Origin: Sulfolobus acidocaldarius DSM 639
GTDB taxonomy: Archaea; Thermoproteota; Thermoprotei_A; Sulfolobales; Sulfolobaceae
DNA: 32,000 nt
Reading direction: 5' to 3'
NCBI RefSeq assembly: GCF_000012285.1
Contig: NC_007181.1
Span: 1,680,001 to 1,712,000 of the forward strand
Positions 16,744 to 27,844 of this stretch are shown here, one piece after another. Position 1 is the first letter of the stretch, and every line of letters starts with the position of its first letter. Below the pieces are notes generated by a model, which ran no database searches, was not told the origin of the DNA, and saw only the letters and a program-made list of their open reading frames with translations. A program made the position numbers and the translations under genes.

Positions 16744-16765
16744 TGCCGTTAAACTTATATCTATC

Positions 16766-17422
16766 ATGTCATTTCCGCCCCCAAATACTCCAAGCTCTCC
16801 CCCACCCCCTCCCCCTAGAAGACCATTAAAGTACGTGATTTTAGGAACAGTGCTTGCAGTAGTGATAGTTGTGGGATTAGTGGTTTATTTCTCCTTTTTC
16901 AGCACCAGTGCACAGGCTAAGATAATCCCTGCAAGTAGTGTAGGATCTGCTTTAGGCGGGAGTTGTCAAATAGAGTCCAATAAGTCAGTCCAAATAAATA
17001 AATTAGCAAATGGAGAGTATGAACTGACGTATGTTAATGGAACCCATACCACTACCTACTTATCTAACATCTCAATAAGTCTTATTGGAATTGTTCCATT
17101 AAGGGGATCATTGCTCCAAGTTATATTCTCAGGAGTAGTGGAATTCCTAAACTGTAATATTAACGGACAAAATGCCACTGTCAACATATTGACAATGGTG
17201 TTTACCAACTCAAGTGAGGCAAATCAAGAATTCAGTATTTACAAGGCTTTTGCATCACTTTATCCTAACGCGTCAGTGAGCCAATCATACATTTACTACT
17301 CGCTCTTTGATTACTCCTATGGCGCGGGAGTAAGAAATAACGTATTCAGTTCGGTTGTTATTCAAGGCCCAATGATTGGAGAGAACCAGGTATTAGGAAT
17401 TGTAAACCTTGCACTATCATAA
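16766..17422 (+). CDS. N-terminally anchored membrane/secreted protein with a proline-run cytoplasmic tail
   Basis: MSFPPPNTPSSPPPPPPRRP is followed by one hydrophobic helix (YVILGTVLAVVIVVGLVVYFSFF), then a sequon-containing extracellular domain. Confidence 0.65.
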   Translation: MSFPPPNTPSSPPPPPPRRPLKYVILGTVLAVVIVVGLVVYFSFFSTSAQAKIIPASSVGSALGGSCQIESNKSVQINKLANGEYELTYVNGTHTTTYLSNISISLIGIVPLRGSLLQVIFSGVVEFLNCNINGQNATVNILTMVFTNSSEANQEFSIYKAFASLYPNASVSQSYIYYSLFDYSYGAGVRNNVFSSVVIQGPMIGENQVLGIVNLALS

Positions 17423-17441
17423 TCAGCACATTCTGAAACTG

Positions 17442-17454
17442 CTTTTATTTTTTA
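17442..17454 (+). terminator. Oligo-T tract, candidate archaeal terminator
   Basis: cttttatttttta lies 20-32 nt after the TAA at 17420-17422. Archaeal RNA polymerase terminates at T-runs. Confidence 0.3.
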
Positions 17455-17719
17455 TAACATGATTTTTGTAAGGAGAAAAATTTTCTCTCAATTCTCACTC
17501 AGCCGTCTTTATTTTCACATTTTGAATGTCTCGGCTGAACTTTAGATAAAGTCGACAGAGATATATAAGAGTATGGATAAAAACTAATTCCTCAACTAAT
17601 CCAATCTATCAGGGAGTTTTAGCAATAAAGGTGTTCAGTAAGTTTTGAATGATAAATGATCTAGAAATACAATAACGTCAAAGGAGTATTTCCATTATTA
17701 CACTCCATGTAGTTTATCG

Positions 17720-17938
17720 TTGTCCTCACGCTATCCTAAATTAGACTTCAAGAACGGGACTTTTCGAGCTATTGAGGAATCCGACATTTTTATCAGACTT
17801 AAAAAGACTTTACAGAAGTTTGACGTGTCACCTTTCATGTTAAGCGGCAGTCCTATTGACGTAAATATGTTATGTTTACCTTATGTATATGAAGGCATAA
17901 TACAAGGTCCTCTCTCCTCGTCATTAGAAAAGGATTAA
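17720..17938 (+). CDS. Hypothetical small protein (weak call)
   Basis: 72-aa ORF with a TTG start, lying immediately upstream of trmO on the same strand. No motif recognised. Confidence 0.3.
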   Translation: MSSRYPKLDFKNGTFRAIEESDIFIRLKKTLQKFDVSPFMLSGSPIDVNMLCLPYVYEGIIQGPLSSSLEKD

Positions 17939-17963
17939 ATATTTGTCGGTCTAGACTTCTTTA

Positions 17964-18386
17964 ATGTCGTGTTGTTTTAAGTACATAGGCTACGTGAAAA
18001 GAGAAGACAACTCCCCGTCAAGGAGGAGTGTAGTGAAGATTGTCGTGGACAAGGAGTATGAAGAAGGGTTAAGGGGTATAGAGGACTACTCACACCTTAT
18101 AATCGTCTACCACCTCCACCTATCCCAATTTGACGGTAATCTGGTGAGAGATTTCCATGAGGGGGTAAGGGTAGGAGTGTTCGCCACTAGGACCCACGAG
18201 AGACCCAATCCCATAGGGATATCTGTTGTCGAGTTACTAAAGGTAGAGGGTAATATACTCCAGGTTGGAGGTATAAACGCTGTTGATGGTACTCCAGTCC
18301 TCGATATAAAGCCCTATGACTACTTTGACAGAGTAGAGAATATTAGGGTCCCAGGCTGGTGGTTGAAGAAGTTCTATCAACACTAG
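17964..18386 (+). CDS. trmO: tRNA (t6A37-N6)-methyltransferase TrmO / TsaA (YaeB, UPF0066) family
   Basis: SHLIIVYHLH.., GVFATRTHERPNPIGISVVELLKVEGNILQVGGINAVDGTPVLDIKPY is the characteristic TsaA/YaeB core (F.tRsp.RPNpiG.s.v.l...g..l.v.g.D..dGTPvLDIKPY). Confidence 0.85.
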   Translation: MSCCFKYIGYVKREDNSPSRRSVVKIVVDKEYEEGLRGIEDYSHLIIVYHLHLSQFDGNLVRDFHEGVRVGVFATRTHERPNPIGISVVELLKVEGNILQVGGINAVDGTPVLDIKPYDYFDRVENIRVPGWWLKKFYQH

Positions 18387-18636
18387 TTTGCGTTAAGTAA
18401 TGGGTTTTATTTCTCTTCTCTGCATAGGTTCATGTACTTGACTAATTGTCGACAAAAACCCACTAATGAGAGGATTTGTACTCTTACCTTACAGACTGCC
18501 CTTAAAACCCTCGATATACAGGAATCTCGTAATCTAACTGTGACTTGAGGAGGAGAGACTTCGCTGGGTTAAACAAAAGAGGACAACACAATAGGTGAGG
18601 TCTCACTGAAAAACAGTTCTCCCTACACGTCTCCAA

Positions 18637-19764
18637 TCACTTTTTAACAGTCTCAGGTATTTGAGTTGCCGACATTAGGACTAAAACTGAAGATATGACT
18701 GTAGATATCGCCAAGTCCCTCCCCAGCCCAAACGGTAGCAGAAGTACAAGTGTCACCCCAAATCCTCCACCTATCAGTCTACCCAGAAAGAGTGTAATGT
18801 TGGTACCAGTCGCCTTGAAGTTTACAGGGTACACCTCGCTCATCCATACCCCAAAGTAGGCAAAAAATGAAGACCCAACTATCAGAACTATGAAAGAGCC
18901 AATTAGCAGAACTGGGTCAGAGAGAGTAGCTCCCAGGAAGAGTGTGATAGACGACACTATACTTATCCCTGCAAATATGTAACTCGACAACCTCCTACCG
19001 ACCGTGTCTGAAATCCTCCCAGACACCATGAAGCTTATCATCCCCAGTATAAAGGCTGAGAAAATAACAACGTAAAGCCTAGAGCCTAGAAATGAGAACA
19101 GGGTAAAACTTAGGGAAACAAGGGGGACTAGATATAGGAATGAGCCTATTGAGAAAATTGATCCAAACACTGTCACCTTAAGCATATCCCTTGGTAGTTT
19201 AAAGGAGAAGTTACCCTTCCACTTGGACTCAGGAATAAACACCCACAGTGGTATACTGAGTAGTGAGAGGATAGAAACTATTAAGAAATAAACGAAGATA
19301 TCACCCTTAACTATGAAAGATGTAACAAGACCTAATATTGCCCCAAGGAAGTAGAAGCCCTGCATTATACTCCCTATGAACCCTCTGGTTCTAGATGGGG
19401 CAAGCTCAGTAACATAGACGTAACTTATCCCGTTTACAGCGTTAACTCCAAACCCTATGAGGAACCACACTATGTAGAACACTATAATGTTCAGCTGAAC
19501 GACATTTGCCAACATGGGTAGTGCAAAGAGTACTATAGAGAGTAAAAGGGCATACCTCTTACTCTTCAGGTCACCGAAAACACCCATTATGAGACCCCCT
19601 ATACCTCCACCTATCCAGCTCAGGGCTATTGAAAACGCCACAGCCTCACCGTATATTTGCATAAGAGTGGGTAAGACAAAGCTTATTGAGTAGATCGCCA
19701 AAGCTGAGAACAAGAATATCAGGAGTAAAGAAGTCAATTGTATGTGTTTGCTGGCGTCACCCAT
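18637..19764 (-). CDS. MFS-family transporter
   Basis: Hydrophobic throughout. MFS motif-A-like loops occur in both halves (GVFGDLKSKRYALLL and GRISDTVGRRLSSYIF). Confidence 0.75.
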   Translation of the reverse strand: MGDASKHIQLTSLLLIFLFSALAIYSISFVLPTLMQIYGEAVAFSIALSWIGGGIGGLIMGVFGDLKSKRYALLLSIVLFALPMLANVVQLNIIVFYIVWFLIGFGVNAVNGISYVYVTELAPSRTRGFIGSIMQGFYFLGAILGLVTSFIVKGDIFVYFLIVSILSLLSIPLWVFIPESKWKGNFSFKLPRDMLKVTVFGSIFSIGSFLYLVPLVSLSFTLFSFLGSRLYVVIFSAFILGMISFMVSGRISDTVGRRLSSYIFAGISIVSSITLFLGATLSDPVLLIGSFIVLIVGSSFFAYFGVWMSEVYPVNFKATGTNITLFLGRLIGGGFGVTLVLLLPFGLGRDLAISTVISSVLVLMSATQIPETVKK

Positions 19765-20296
19765 AAAATCCCTGTTAGTAAGTGATAATAAAAATGTTTG
19801 TTAGCAAACTTACTAAACTGTCGTTAGGAGAGGGGTATCCGTCAAGTAAGAGAATATGAATATGAAGAGTCTCTTCTTCGAGTATGAAGCTGGAGCATTG
19901 TAAGCGTAATTTATGTAAAAGAAGTCTATCAAGATAAAATAAATAAGTAATTCAAATAAATCGGTTAGTAACTAACATGGGGCAGTTCATCAATCTTCAA
20001 TAAATTGGTCTGGGACTGGTCTACGGTTAGATAACATTACATGGTGATAGGTAAAGTCCCGCATCTTATTTAACAAGAACCCACTGGGAAATGACATATA
20101 TATTTTATATGAGAATCCTTTTGTGTAATGAACTAATTTAGAAATTTAATCCCTGCTTAGAATTGGGCTATATGCATTACTAATCATATGCGAAGATACG
20201 TATGTACATACATACTTCTCCTTATTCATTTCTTCTTTTCCCTGATAATACCCTAAGAATCCGATGGTAACTTCTGTGTAACATTGCTGATTATCT

Positions 20297-21406
20297 TTAA
20301 CTCTTGACACCACAACGTAGTTGGTTTAAACAATTCAACCACTCATCAGCAATCTTCTTGACGTCATATTCCTGTGCGTTTGCTAAACACTTATTTTTAA
20401 TTGAACTCTCGTCATAACCTTGCTTCCATATCCTTATAGCTTCTCTTACCAACTCCTCGTCATTAGATACTAACCATCCTGTCCTGTTATGGCTCACAGT
20501 GTTTTTTGGTCCTTGTTTATCATAAGTGATTACAGGTGTGCCACATGCCATGCTTTCGACTGGTATATACCCAAAGGGCTCATGGGTGAAAGTGAAAAGA
20601 GTGAAGAGAGCATTGGTGTAGAGGTCAACTAATGTATTATCGTCTACATATCCTAAAATTTCTATGTTTTGGGAGCTTAGCTCTTTCTCGTATTCTTTAG
20701 ATGATTTGCCAAAAGCCTTGATCTTAACACCTTGTCTAGCTAACTCTTTAATGACCTTTAGGTTAGTCTCCTTTCCTCTAATACCCAAGTATGCTAATAC
20801 ATAGTCCCTGCTTGGCTTTTGGGTTGTTGGTCTGAAGACCTCTAGATCTAGGGGAGGGTATATTACATGGTCAACCTTAATCCCCCAGCTCTCGTAAAGG
20901 CTTTTAGTGAAGTTTGAGTTAGTAATAAAAAGTGCTGAGTTTTCTCTAAATTGCATCATTAGTCTCTTCTCGAGGTTGACTAGCATTCCCCTGATAAACT
21001 TGTATATTACTTTATAACGGAGTGGAAAATCCCGTGATTGTGACATATCGTCTATCGCTTTCGTGATCTGTCCCTGTCCGTAATATGCATCTGCCTCAGT
21101 TATCAGTGAACTTGATGTGTTTATGACTAAAGATTCTGATTTCTCCCTCTCGTGTACGTAGGGTAAGATCAATGCTTTCATCCACTCTCTGAGTAGTGGT
21201 ATTTTAGTTAAGACAGTTTTACCACTCCTCTGTATTTTTTCTTTTATTTCCGCAATCCTCACTTTATGAAAGTCACTTAACATGCTATAAGGGGTTAAAA
21301 TGGTCACATCATGCCCTCTTCTTGCAAGTTCCTTTGAAACTGTCAAAGCAGGTCTCACTGCACCATAGACTGAAGTCAGTGGATCTGTAAAGAAGACAAA
21401 GTCCAT
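20297..21406 (-). CDS. Glycosyltransferase, GT4 (GT-B fold) family
   Basis: C-terminal EPFGYIPVESMACGTPVITYDKQGPKNTVSHNRTGWLV matches the GT4 E-x7-E region (E.fG....EAmA.G.PVi......g..e.v.....G.lv). Confidence 0.8.
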   Translation of the reverse strand: MDFVFFTDPLTSVYGAVRPALTVSKELARRGHDVTILTPYSMLSDFHKVRIAEIKEKIQRSGKTVLTKIPLLREWMKALILPYVHEREKSESLVINTSSSLITEADAYYGQGQITKAIDDMSQSRDFPLRYKVIYKFIRGMLVNLEKRLMMQFRENSALFITNSNFTKSLYESWGIKVDHVIYPPLDLEVFRPTTQKPSRDYVLAYLGIRGKETNLKVIKELARQGVKIKAFGKSSKEYEKELSSQNIEILGYVDDNTLVDLYTNALFTLFTFTHEPFGYIPVESMACGTPVITYDKQGPKNTVSHNRTGWLVSNDEELVREAIRIWKQGYDESSIKNKCLANAQEYDVKKIADEWLNCLNQLRCGVKS

Positions 21407-21688
21407 TAGTTATTTCAAGACAACTATACATTAATAAAGTTTATTATCTTTGTTTATATACACCTTGAATAACATATTAATTGTATTAATCTACATACTA
21501 GACATTTTTCAATTTAAGTGGCTCTTCATTACCTCCACCTCTCTCAACAGTTAAAATAAGAAAATTATGAAGAGGGTAAGACATCAACGTCAATCTAACC
21601 TCTCTACTTTCAACTAGAGTATTACTAAACCTAATGGAAAAGAACCCAGTTGAGATAACTCTGTTAAAACAACTAAAGAGCCCGTAAC

Positions 21689-23074
21689 TTAACTTGATAT
21701 GAGTAAAAGGATTTTTCCAAATAACTTTAGTTGTCTCGGTAATAAGTTAAGTGTTAAAATAGCTTCTTCACGGCTAATGATTTTCAAGAACTTAATAGCT
21801 ACCAGTAAGATAACCAGAGACGCTTCCCAAGAGATAAACGCTAAGAAGGGAATAGGCAGTAACAGGAGACTCCTCTTTTCCATACTACCAAGGACTAATG
21901 CCTTTTGTCTGAGACAAATGTACAGTAGTAGAATTGAAGACGTGAGTGCGTTAACTACCTGTGCTATGGCAGCACCTAAAATCCCTAGACGGGGTATCAA
22001 GTACAGTGACAACACCAACACTTCAACTCCAGATATTACTCCCACATAAAGTAAGGGCTTATAGTCTTTCTTCAGGGAGATAATTGGAGTTGAGAGGTAG
22101 AGTAACGGAGAGAGAGCTGAAAGAGCGACTACCAGGAGCTGTAGTACTAAAAGACCTGGCAAATACTCATGAAAGAAAGTGGTTAAAAATACTGTTGAGA
22201 GGACATAAGAAATTACAGCTGTGGGGGCTGATAATAGGACGTAAAATCTCAGGGTCAATGATGTCATGTAAGACATGTCCTTATTCAGTGACAGGTAATA
22301 GGCTGAAGAGGGAAGAAGTGAGCTGATAAGTGAAAGTAGCATATTGTTAGGAAATGTTGACATTAAGGTAACTAATTGGTATATTCCCAGGTCATACAAG
22401 CCTAAAAGGTATACAGTTATCAACCTATCTCCCTGAGAAGCAATAAAGTTTATGACATTGGAGATATATATGGGAAGCCCCTCCTTAATCAACTTAGAAG
22501 CAACTCCAGTTTTGAATTCTAGCTTTCTAGGAAGCTTTAACCAATAATAAATAGCCTGTAAGAGTGCTCCCGAAGTCCATATAAGGATAATAATTTCGAA
22601 ATTGTTGAAAAATATTGCGGGAATCGAAAACAACCATCTGAAGGTTAAGAAAATGACTAGACCTATGTTGGCCTCAGTAAACTTACCGAGTCCACCTAGA
22701 ACGGATCTTTGATAGTTACCATACAAGTAAAGGAACATGTAAGGTACGGCTAAAACTACATATCTTGGTAAGACGAACGCAAGAAGAAATATAAAGGGGA
22801 TTGCCAGAAAGGGGTAACCTAAGGAGGTTAAAATTATATCGTCCAGGAGTTTTTTATCTTTATTCAAATTATATGCTATCTCCCTACTCGCTACATACCA
22901 TGAGAGTAAACCTGTAAAGTTTGATACGAAAACCTCTAAAAGTTGAACTGTTGCTATCATTCCGACAAATTCTGGTGTAGTAAATCTTGCTGCAAGAAGG
23001 AAGAAGATTAAGGCGTAGATTCCGTTTAGAATTGTTGTGGATAAAAACTTAAGAGCCCCGCTAATAGGATTCAT
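21689..23074 (-). CDS. Polysaccharide/oligosaccharide flippase (MOP/Wzx-like)
   Basis: 461 aa, hydrophobic along the entire length with many membrane segments. Its size and its position between glycosyltransferase genes fit Wzx-type flippases. No catalytic motif can be checked by eye. Confidence 0.6.
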   Translation of the reverse strand: MNPISGALKFLSTTILNGIYALIFFLLAARFTTPEFVGMIATVQLLEVFVSNFTGLLSWYVASREIAYNLNKDKKLLDDIILTSLGYPFLAIPFIFLLAFVLPRYVVLAVPYMFLYLYGNYQRSVLGGLGKFTEANIGLVIFLTFRWLFSIPAIFFNNFEIIILIWTSGALLQAIYYWLKLPRKLEFKTGVASKLIKEGLPIYISNVINFIASQGDRLITVYLLGLYDLGIYQLVTLMSTFPNNMLLSLISSLLPSSAYYLSLNKDMSYMTSLTLRFYVLLSAPTAVISYVLSTVFLTTFFHEYLPGLLVLQLLVVALSALSPLLYLSTPIISLKKDYKPLLYVGVISGVEVLVLSLYLIPRLGILGAAIAQVVNALTSSILLLYICLRQKALVLGSMEKRSLLLLPIPFLAFISWEASLVILLVAIKFLKIISREEAILTLNLLPRQLKLFGKILLLISS

Positions 23075-23743
23075 TACACTAATTTAATTACAGAGTTTTA
23101 TAAAGTCTTTCCTAAAAATATATAAAGTTCTATAATGAATGAAATATTCTAGATCGTGATAATTTGCTTTACCTCTTGTTAAGAATAGATAAGTATAGGA
23201 ATTATTAATTAGGGAAAAATAAACGTGGCCATGAGGTATACTCTGGAGATAAGGTAAGTCCACTTTTATTTGAGGAATTAATTAAGAGCGAACAAGTCTC
23301 ATACGTATCAAGGGGAATGAAAGCTTAAATGTCGTCTTTTTAAGGACTTTCTTGATACCTCAAATGATTAGTATACCTCTAAAATAACGTTGAAATTAAA
23401 TTGTGAGTCCAGATATAAATGATATGAGGGTTGACATTCTACAACGTAATATACGACATACTTAAGGGACTATTTGTTACCTTAGATATAAAGAAAAGGA
23501 GATATCAAGCTCATAAGTATTAGTACCAAGCCTAAGTGAAAACCTTAAAGATAAGGATCGTTTAGTTATCTATGATTCTAAATATTTTATTAACTTTACC
23601 AAAGCGAATATTCAAGGATTAGAGGCTCTTAAACTTAAGCTTATAAGTGCGAGACTTTTTGATTCACTAGTGAAATCTAGGAGAGAACTCTACGTAATAA
23701 GATAAATAGTTCACAAAAATCAGAAGCCGTAAGTAATTTTTAA

Positions 23744-25675
23744 TTAATCATTCTTCCTTTTCCTGAAGATAAGGAGGGCTGTTAATATGAGTAGTACGAC
23801 AACAACGATCTCATTCAGCAGGTTTATTATCGCATACCATGAGGTTATGAAGACTGAACTTCCATTAGTTTTGACCGCAAGAAATCCTTTGTCATTTACT
23901 AATTCTCCATTGGAAAAAAGTATATAGTCGTTTCTATATACTAAAGGAGTTGTAATAAATGATGAGTGGTTGTTGAACTGAATTAGGAATCCGAAAGGTC
24001 TTTCTTCAAGACTCAAATTAACTTGGTATGGTGATTGAAGTATTACCACCTGTCTACCTATGCTCTTATATATGTTAAATCCAGTCGTGTTAATCAACTC
24101 CTGCAGGCTCAATTCTTTGGACAAAAAGGCAAAACGGACATCGTAGTTCTTATAAGTTGAAGAATTAAACCATACTACGTACTTCAACCCACTCTCCATT
24201 GCTAACTGCATAAATTCAGTCTTGTTACCCGCATATAGAGAGTACACAAGTTGGTAGTAAGGCTGCTTAGGAATTGGTGGCACTGGAACTATAGAGTAGT
24301 TAGGATACATACTGAAAAAAGTTACAGTAAACCATATTGGAAACTGTTCATCAGAGTTCACATAAGGATAATAATTAAAGTTTATTGCGTATACAGAAGG
24401 GACAAACAACACAAGACCATTTAGGGAGTTATAGGTTTGAATAAACTCCTGAGGTACTGTTACTGGAGTCCACATTGAATTTAGAAATAAAGACATAGGT
24501 ATAATTGAGATTATGACAAGGAGGATTACCATGACTGGTAACAATAACCTATATGGAAAATTGAGTAGCTCTTTCAAGTAGGCGGTTGAAACTGAATAAA
24601 ATATGGAGAGTAACACAGTATATTCGGCTGGATTCACGTGAGTTAGTATTGGGAAAATTGATTGGAATAGACTATAAAGACCAAGATAATTACTTGAATA
24701 GCTCATGACTCCTAAACTTAATATGAGAAAGGTTAAAGGAAATATACCTTCAACTTTTCTATTTAAGAGGGATATAATACAAAGGACAGAGTAAGCTATT
24801 AACAGGTAATTAAATATTTCCAGATACGCATTACCAAAAAGTATAGTCGATACATTCTGGAAGACCCTCTGGTATCCAAGCGCAGTGTTATATGTCAAGA
24901 CGTCTACTATATTGAACCCTGGAATTTTTGGTGGTATACTGTAGTCCATCAGCATATTTACTGTGTAATTAATATCAAAGATAGCATTGAAGTGAGAGAG
25001 AAGGAAGAATAACACCGTCGACAATATGGCTTTTCCTGCCACGAAAACTTCCTCCCTGATTCTCGTTCTATTTCTAACTAAGAAATAGGTCTCCAGGGAG
25101 ATTACTGAAATTCCTAAGGCTACTATAGTCGGACCATAGACACTAGAGAGGGCTAAAGGAAAAGATAGGGCATATAAATACTTTTTCTTCCTTAAAGATC
25201 TATACCTGTAGTATAGTCCAATAAACCAGGGTAGAAAAGCTAGATATAAAGCTCCTGGCGTGTCTACGATAATATTCATTACCCCTGGGTTGATTGTCCC
25301 TATTAAACCTCCCATTAAGGATATCATATCGTCATTTGACAGGGTTTTCGTAAGGTAATAAACCCCCACAGAGTACGAGAGGATGTAAAGGAAATAGTAG
25401 AGGCCTATCCCAAGATTACCTAGCAGAAGAAAGAGTGTAAAGACTAACATTAAGCCTGGGGAGAACACTATATTAAATGGGGTTCCTACATTTTGGGTTA
25501 TCCCTATCATAGAGTTAAATATGTAGGTTGGGCTAAGTTTGATGAAATAAGGTATTGTAGTGTAGTCCCAGTAAGCCTTGTAATCAAAGCTTATAAGCGA
25601 GTGGAAAAGTACCGTATCCAATATTATAAGGATCACTAATCCCTTGTTGTTAAGGAGCCATCTCGTGATCATCAT
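23744..25675 (-). CDS. Large polytopic membrane protein with a C-terminal extracytoplasmic domain and terminal anchor (possible GT-C-type glycosyltransferase or polymerase; function unproven)
   Basis: 643 aa. The first roughly 400 aa are multi-pass hydrophobic. A soluble sequon-bearing domain follows, then a final helix IVVVVLLILTALLIF plus RKRKND. It sits in the glycan cluster. No WWDYG motif, so it is not called AglB. Confidence 0.6.
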   Translation of the reverse strand: MMITRWLLNNKGLVILIILDTVLFHSLISFDYKAYWDYTTIPYFIKLSPTYIFNSMIGITQNVGTPFNIVFSPGLMLVFTLFLLLGNLGIGLYYFLYILSYSVGVYYLTKTLSNDDMISLMGGLIGTINPGVMNIIVDTPGALYLAFLPWFIGLYYRYRSLRKKKYLYALSFPLALSSVYGPTIVALGISVISLETYFLVRNRTRIREEVFVAGKAILSTVLFFLLSHFNAIFDINYTVNMLMDYSIPPKIPGFNIVDVLTYNTALGYQRVFQNVSTILFGNAYLEIFNYLLIAYSVLCIISLLNRKVEGIFPLTFLILSLGVMSYSSNYLGLYSLFQSIFPILTHVNPAEYTVLLSIFYSVSTAYLKELLNFPYRLLLPVMVILLVIISIIPMSLFLNSMWTPVTVPQEFIQTYNSLNGLVLFVPSVYAINFNYYPYVNSDEQFPIWFTVTFFSMYPNYSIVPVPPIPKQPYYQLVYSLYAGNKTEFMQLAMESGLKYVVWFNSSTYKNYDVRFAFLSKELSLQELINTTGFNIYKSIGRQVVILQSPYQVNLSLEERPFGFLIQFNNHSSFITTPLVYRNDYILFSNGELVNDKGFLAVKTNGSSVFITSWYAIINLLNEIVVVVLLILTALLIFRKRKND

Positions 25676-26779
25676 TGGGTATTAAACAAAATGGATAAAA
25701 AAGATATTCATTTGGAGTCGTCAAAGGACAATAGATTTTAGGTCACAAGAGGACTCTTCCCATGTATATGCTTTAAATGAGCCCAGTATGATTTTCTCTA
25801 GAACAGATCATTAAGATGCATATACCATAATGATAGTAATGAAGGTGAATGAGGAACCAATAATTTGAGTGAGGGTTAAGCTTCTAAATTTCGGCGTCCT
25901 GTAATTATGAAAATTTGGAGAGAAATTTGAAGTTAGGTTTTAAGTTTCGAGGATGTTACAAACGTAATTCGATGTAATTAAGAATTGACGCCTTTTATCG
26001 ATATATTATTGAAAGCCTAAAAGTTATGTTACCTTAAATCATAAGAGCTAAGAGAAGATCCAATAGCCTTAGCTACCTATGTACTGTAAACTTCAACGTT
26101 TTCCTCATCACTTACTGTAAGTAATTACATTTCAACCTATACAAATTTACGCTTCCTAGACTAAGACGCGAATGTATTAATTAGGGTCCAGGTCGGTGTT
26201 AAATTCATACTCTACCATGTATATTTTGCTAATATTTAGCCATACTAAATTTATTAAAACTAATCTTCATTTCGATAATTCAAACTTATTACCAAGTTAA
26301 TTTATACTTTTTTCCCAGAGTAAAAATCTTTATATACAAAATTTTTCCCCCCTAAATATATCAAAAATGATGTGTTCCCATACTTTATCAGAGTTATTGA
26401 AAAATTTAGGTCGAAACACTTTAGTTGTTGGCTCTTAATCATTAAACCTTTCACCAGAGTCCTAACCTTAAAGACAATTTCGTTATATAATAAATTATGT
26501 GAGTACCATTAGATCTCTCGAAACTGTTAATTTAGCCTGCAGGTATTCAGGGATACTACCCTGTATAAACTCAGCGTTAATATACCTCTTAAAGTTCGCT
26601 AAACCTTCCTTAAGATCAACTACTGCATTTAGCAACTTATCTTGAATTACAATCAGTGAACTACCTTGAGAGTGAGGCTTAAGATTAAGACGCTTTTGCT
26701 CGTTCTAACCAAGCGAGTAATATTCCTATAGTTTAAATGAAATAATAATATAAGTCTGAGAGAGCACTGTTAAGTAAGC

Positions 26780-27844
26780 TTGAAGGTTCTCGTCGTAAAT
26801 CATAGGGACATCTTCCATCCTTATGCTGGTGGCTCTGAGGTTGTAATATATGAAGTTAGTAAAAGACTAATGGAGAATGGTATAGAAATTCATTGGCTAA
26901 GTGAAAATACCCGATTGGAAGGGAGGAACGAGATTGACGGTATAAAGCTAATTCATAAAGGTAACAAAGTAACTCTTCACTTTCACTCATTAAAATACGC
27001 TAAAAATTACGATGTTGTTATGGATAGTGTAGCTCATGCTGTTCCTTTCTTTTCTTATCTAGTTAATAAGAGGACTGTAGCTTTAGTGCATCATGTACAT
27101 CAATATGTAGTTGATTATGAATTATCTAAGCCTTTGGCTTACGTTGTAAAAAAGCTAGAAAGATATTTGAAGAAGTATAAAAGGATTATAGCTGTTTCAC
27201 ACTCAACAAAGCTTGACTTAATTAAGCTACTAAAAATAGATGAGCATAAAATAGAGGTTATTCATAATGGTGTAGATCATGACAAATTCAGACCAGGAGA
27301 GAAATCCCCTGAACCTATGATCTTATGGATAGGAAGACTGAAAAGGTATAAGAACCCATTACATGCAATTAAAATATTCAAAATGCTGAAAACTAAAGCT
27401 AAGCTTATTATTGTTGGTAAAGGCGAGAAGGACATCGAGAACCAAATAATCCAAGCTTCGTCTTCTTCTGACAATATTATCTACTTAGGGAGAATTCCAG
27501 AGGATCAAAAGATTAAGCTTTACCAGTCTGCGTGGGTCGTCCTATCTACCTCATTCATTGAGGGATGGGGTATGACTATAACAGAGGCGAATGCTTCTGG
27601 AACTCCTGCAGTAGCGTACTCTGTTGGCTCATTACCTGAGATAATACAGCATGGGAAAAACGGCTTTCTGGTAGATTATGAAGATTATACAAAGGCTGCC
27701 GAGTATATTGACTACATACTGAGTGATGAAAATATTATGAAAAAAATGTCTCTGGATAGTTACCATGCTTCCTTAAAATACGACTGGAACATTGCAGCCA
27801 ATAAATACTATGACTACTTAAAGAGAATTACCGAAAACGATTAA
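26780..27844 (+). CDS. Glycosyltransferase, GT4 family
   Basis: N-terminus MKVLVVNHRDIFHPYAGGSEV and C-terminal EGWGMTITEANASGTPAVAYSVGSLPEIIQHGKNGFLV (GT4 E-x7-E region). TTG start. Confidence 0.8.
   Translation: MKVLVVNHRDIFHPYAGGSEVVIYEVSKRLMENGIEIHWLSENTRLEGRNEIDGIKLIHKGNKVTLHFHSLKYAKNYDVVMDSVAHAVPFFSYLVNKRTVALVHHVHQYVVDYELSKPLAYVVKKLERYLKKYKRIIAVSHSTKLDLIKLLKIDEHKIEVIHNGVDHDKFRPGEKSPEPMILWIGRLKRYKNPLHAIKIFKMLKTKAKLIIVGKGEKDIENQIIQASSSSDNIIYLGRIPEDQKIKLYQSAWVVLSTSFIEGWGMTITEANASGTPAVAYSVGSLPEIIQHGKNGFLVDYEDYTKAAEYIDYILSDENIMKKMSLDSYHASLKYDWNIAANKYYDYLKRITEND

Noticed and set aside
13082-16765. CRISPR array or leader in the long non-coding stretches flanking the type III-like module
   Set aside because: No regularly spaced direct repeats of 24-37 nt were seen on either strand. 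Only trivial local repeats occur, such as tactataataaa x2 at about 15960-15985.
23744-25675. Calling the 643-aa membrane protein the oligosaccharyltransferase AglB
   Set aside because: No WWDYG motif is present; the closest is AYWDYT near the N-terminus, which is the wrong location. The protein is also shorter than I would expect for an AglB.
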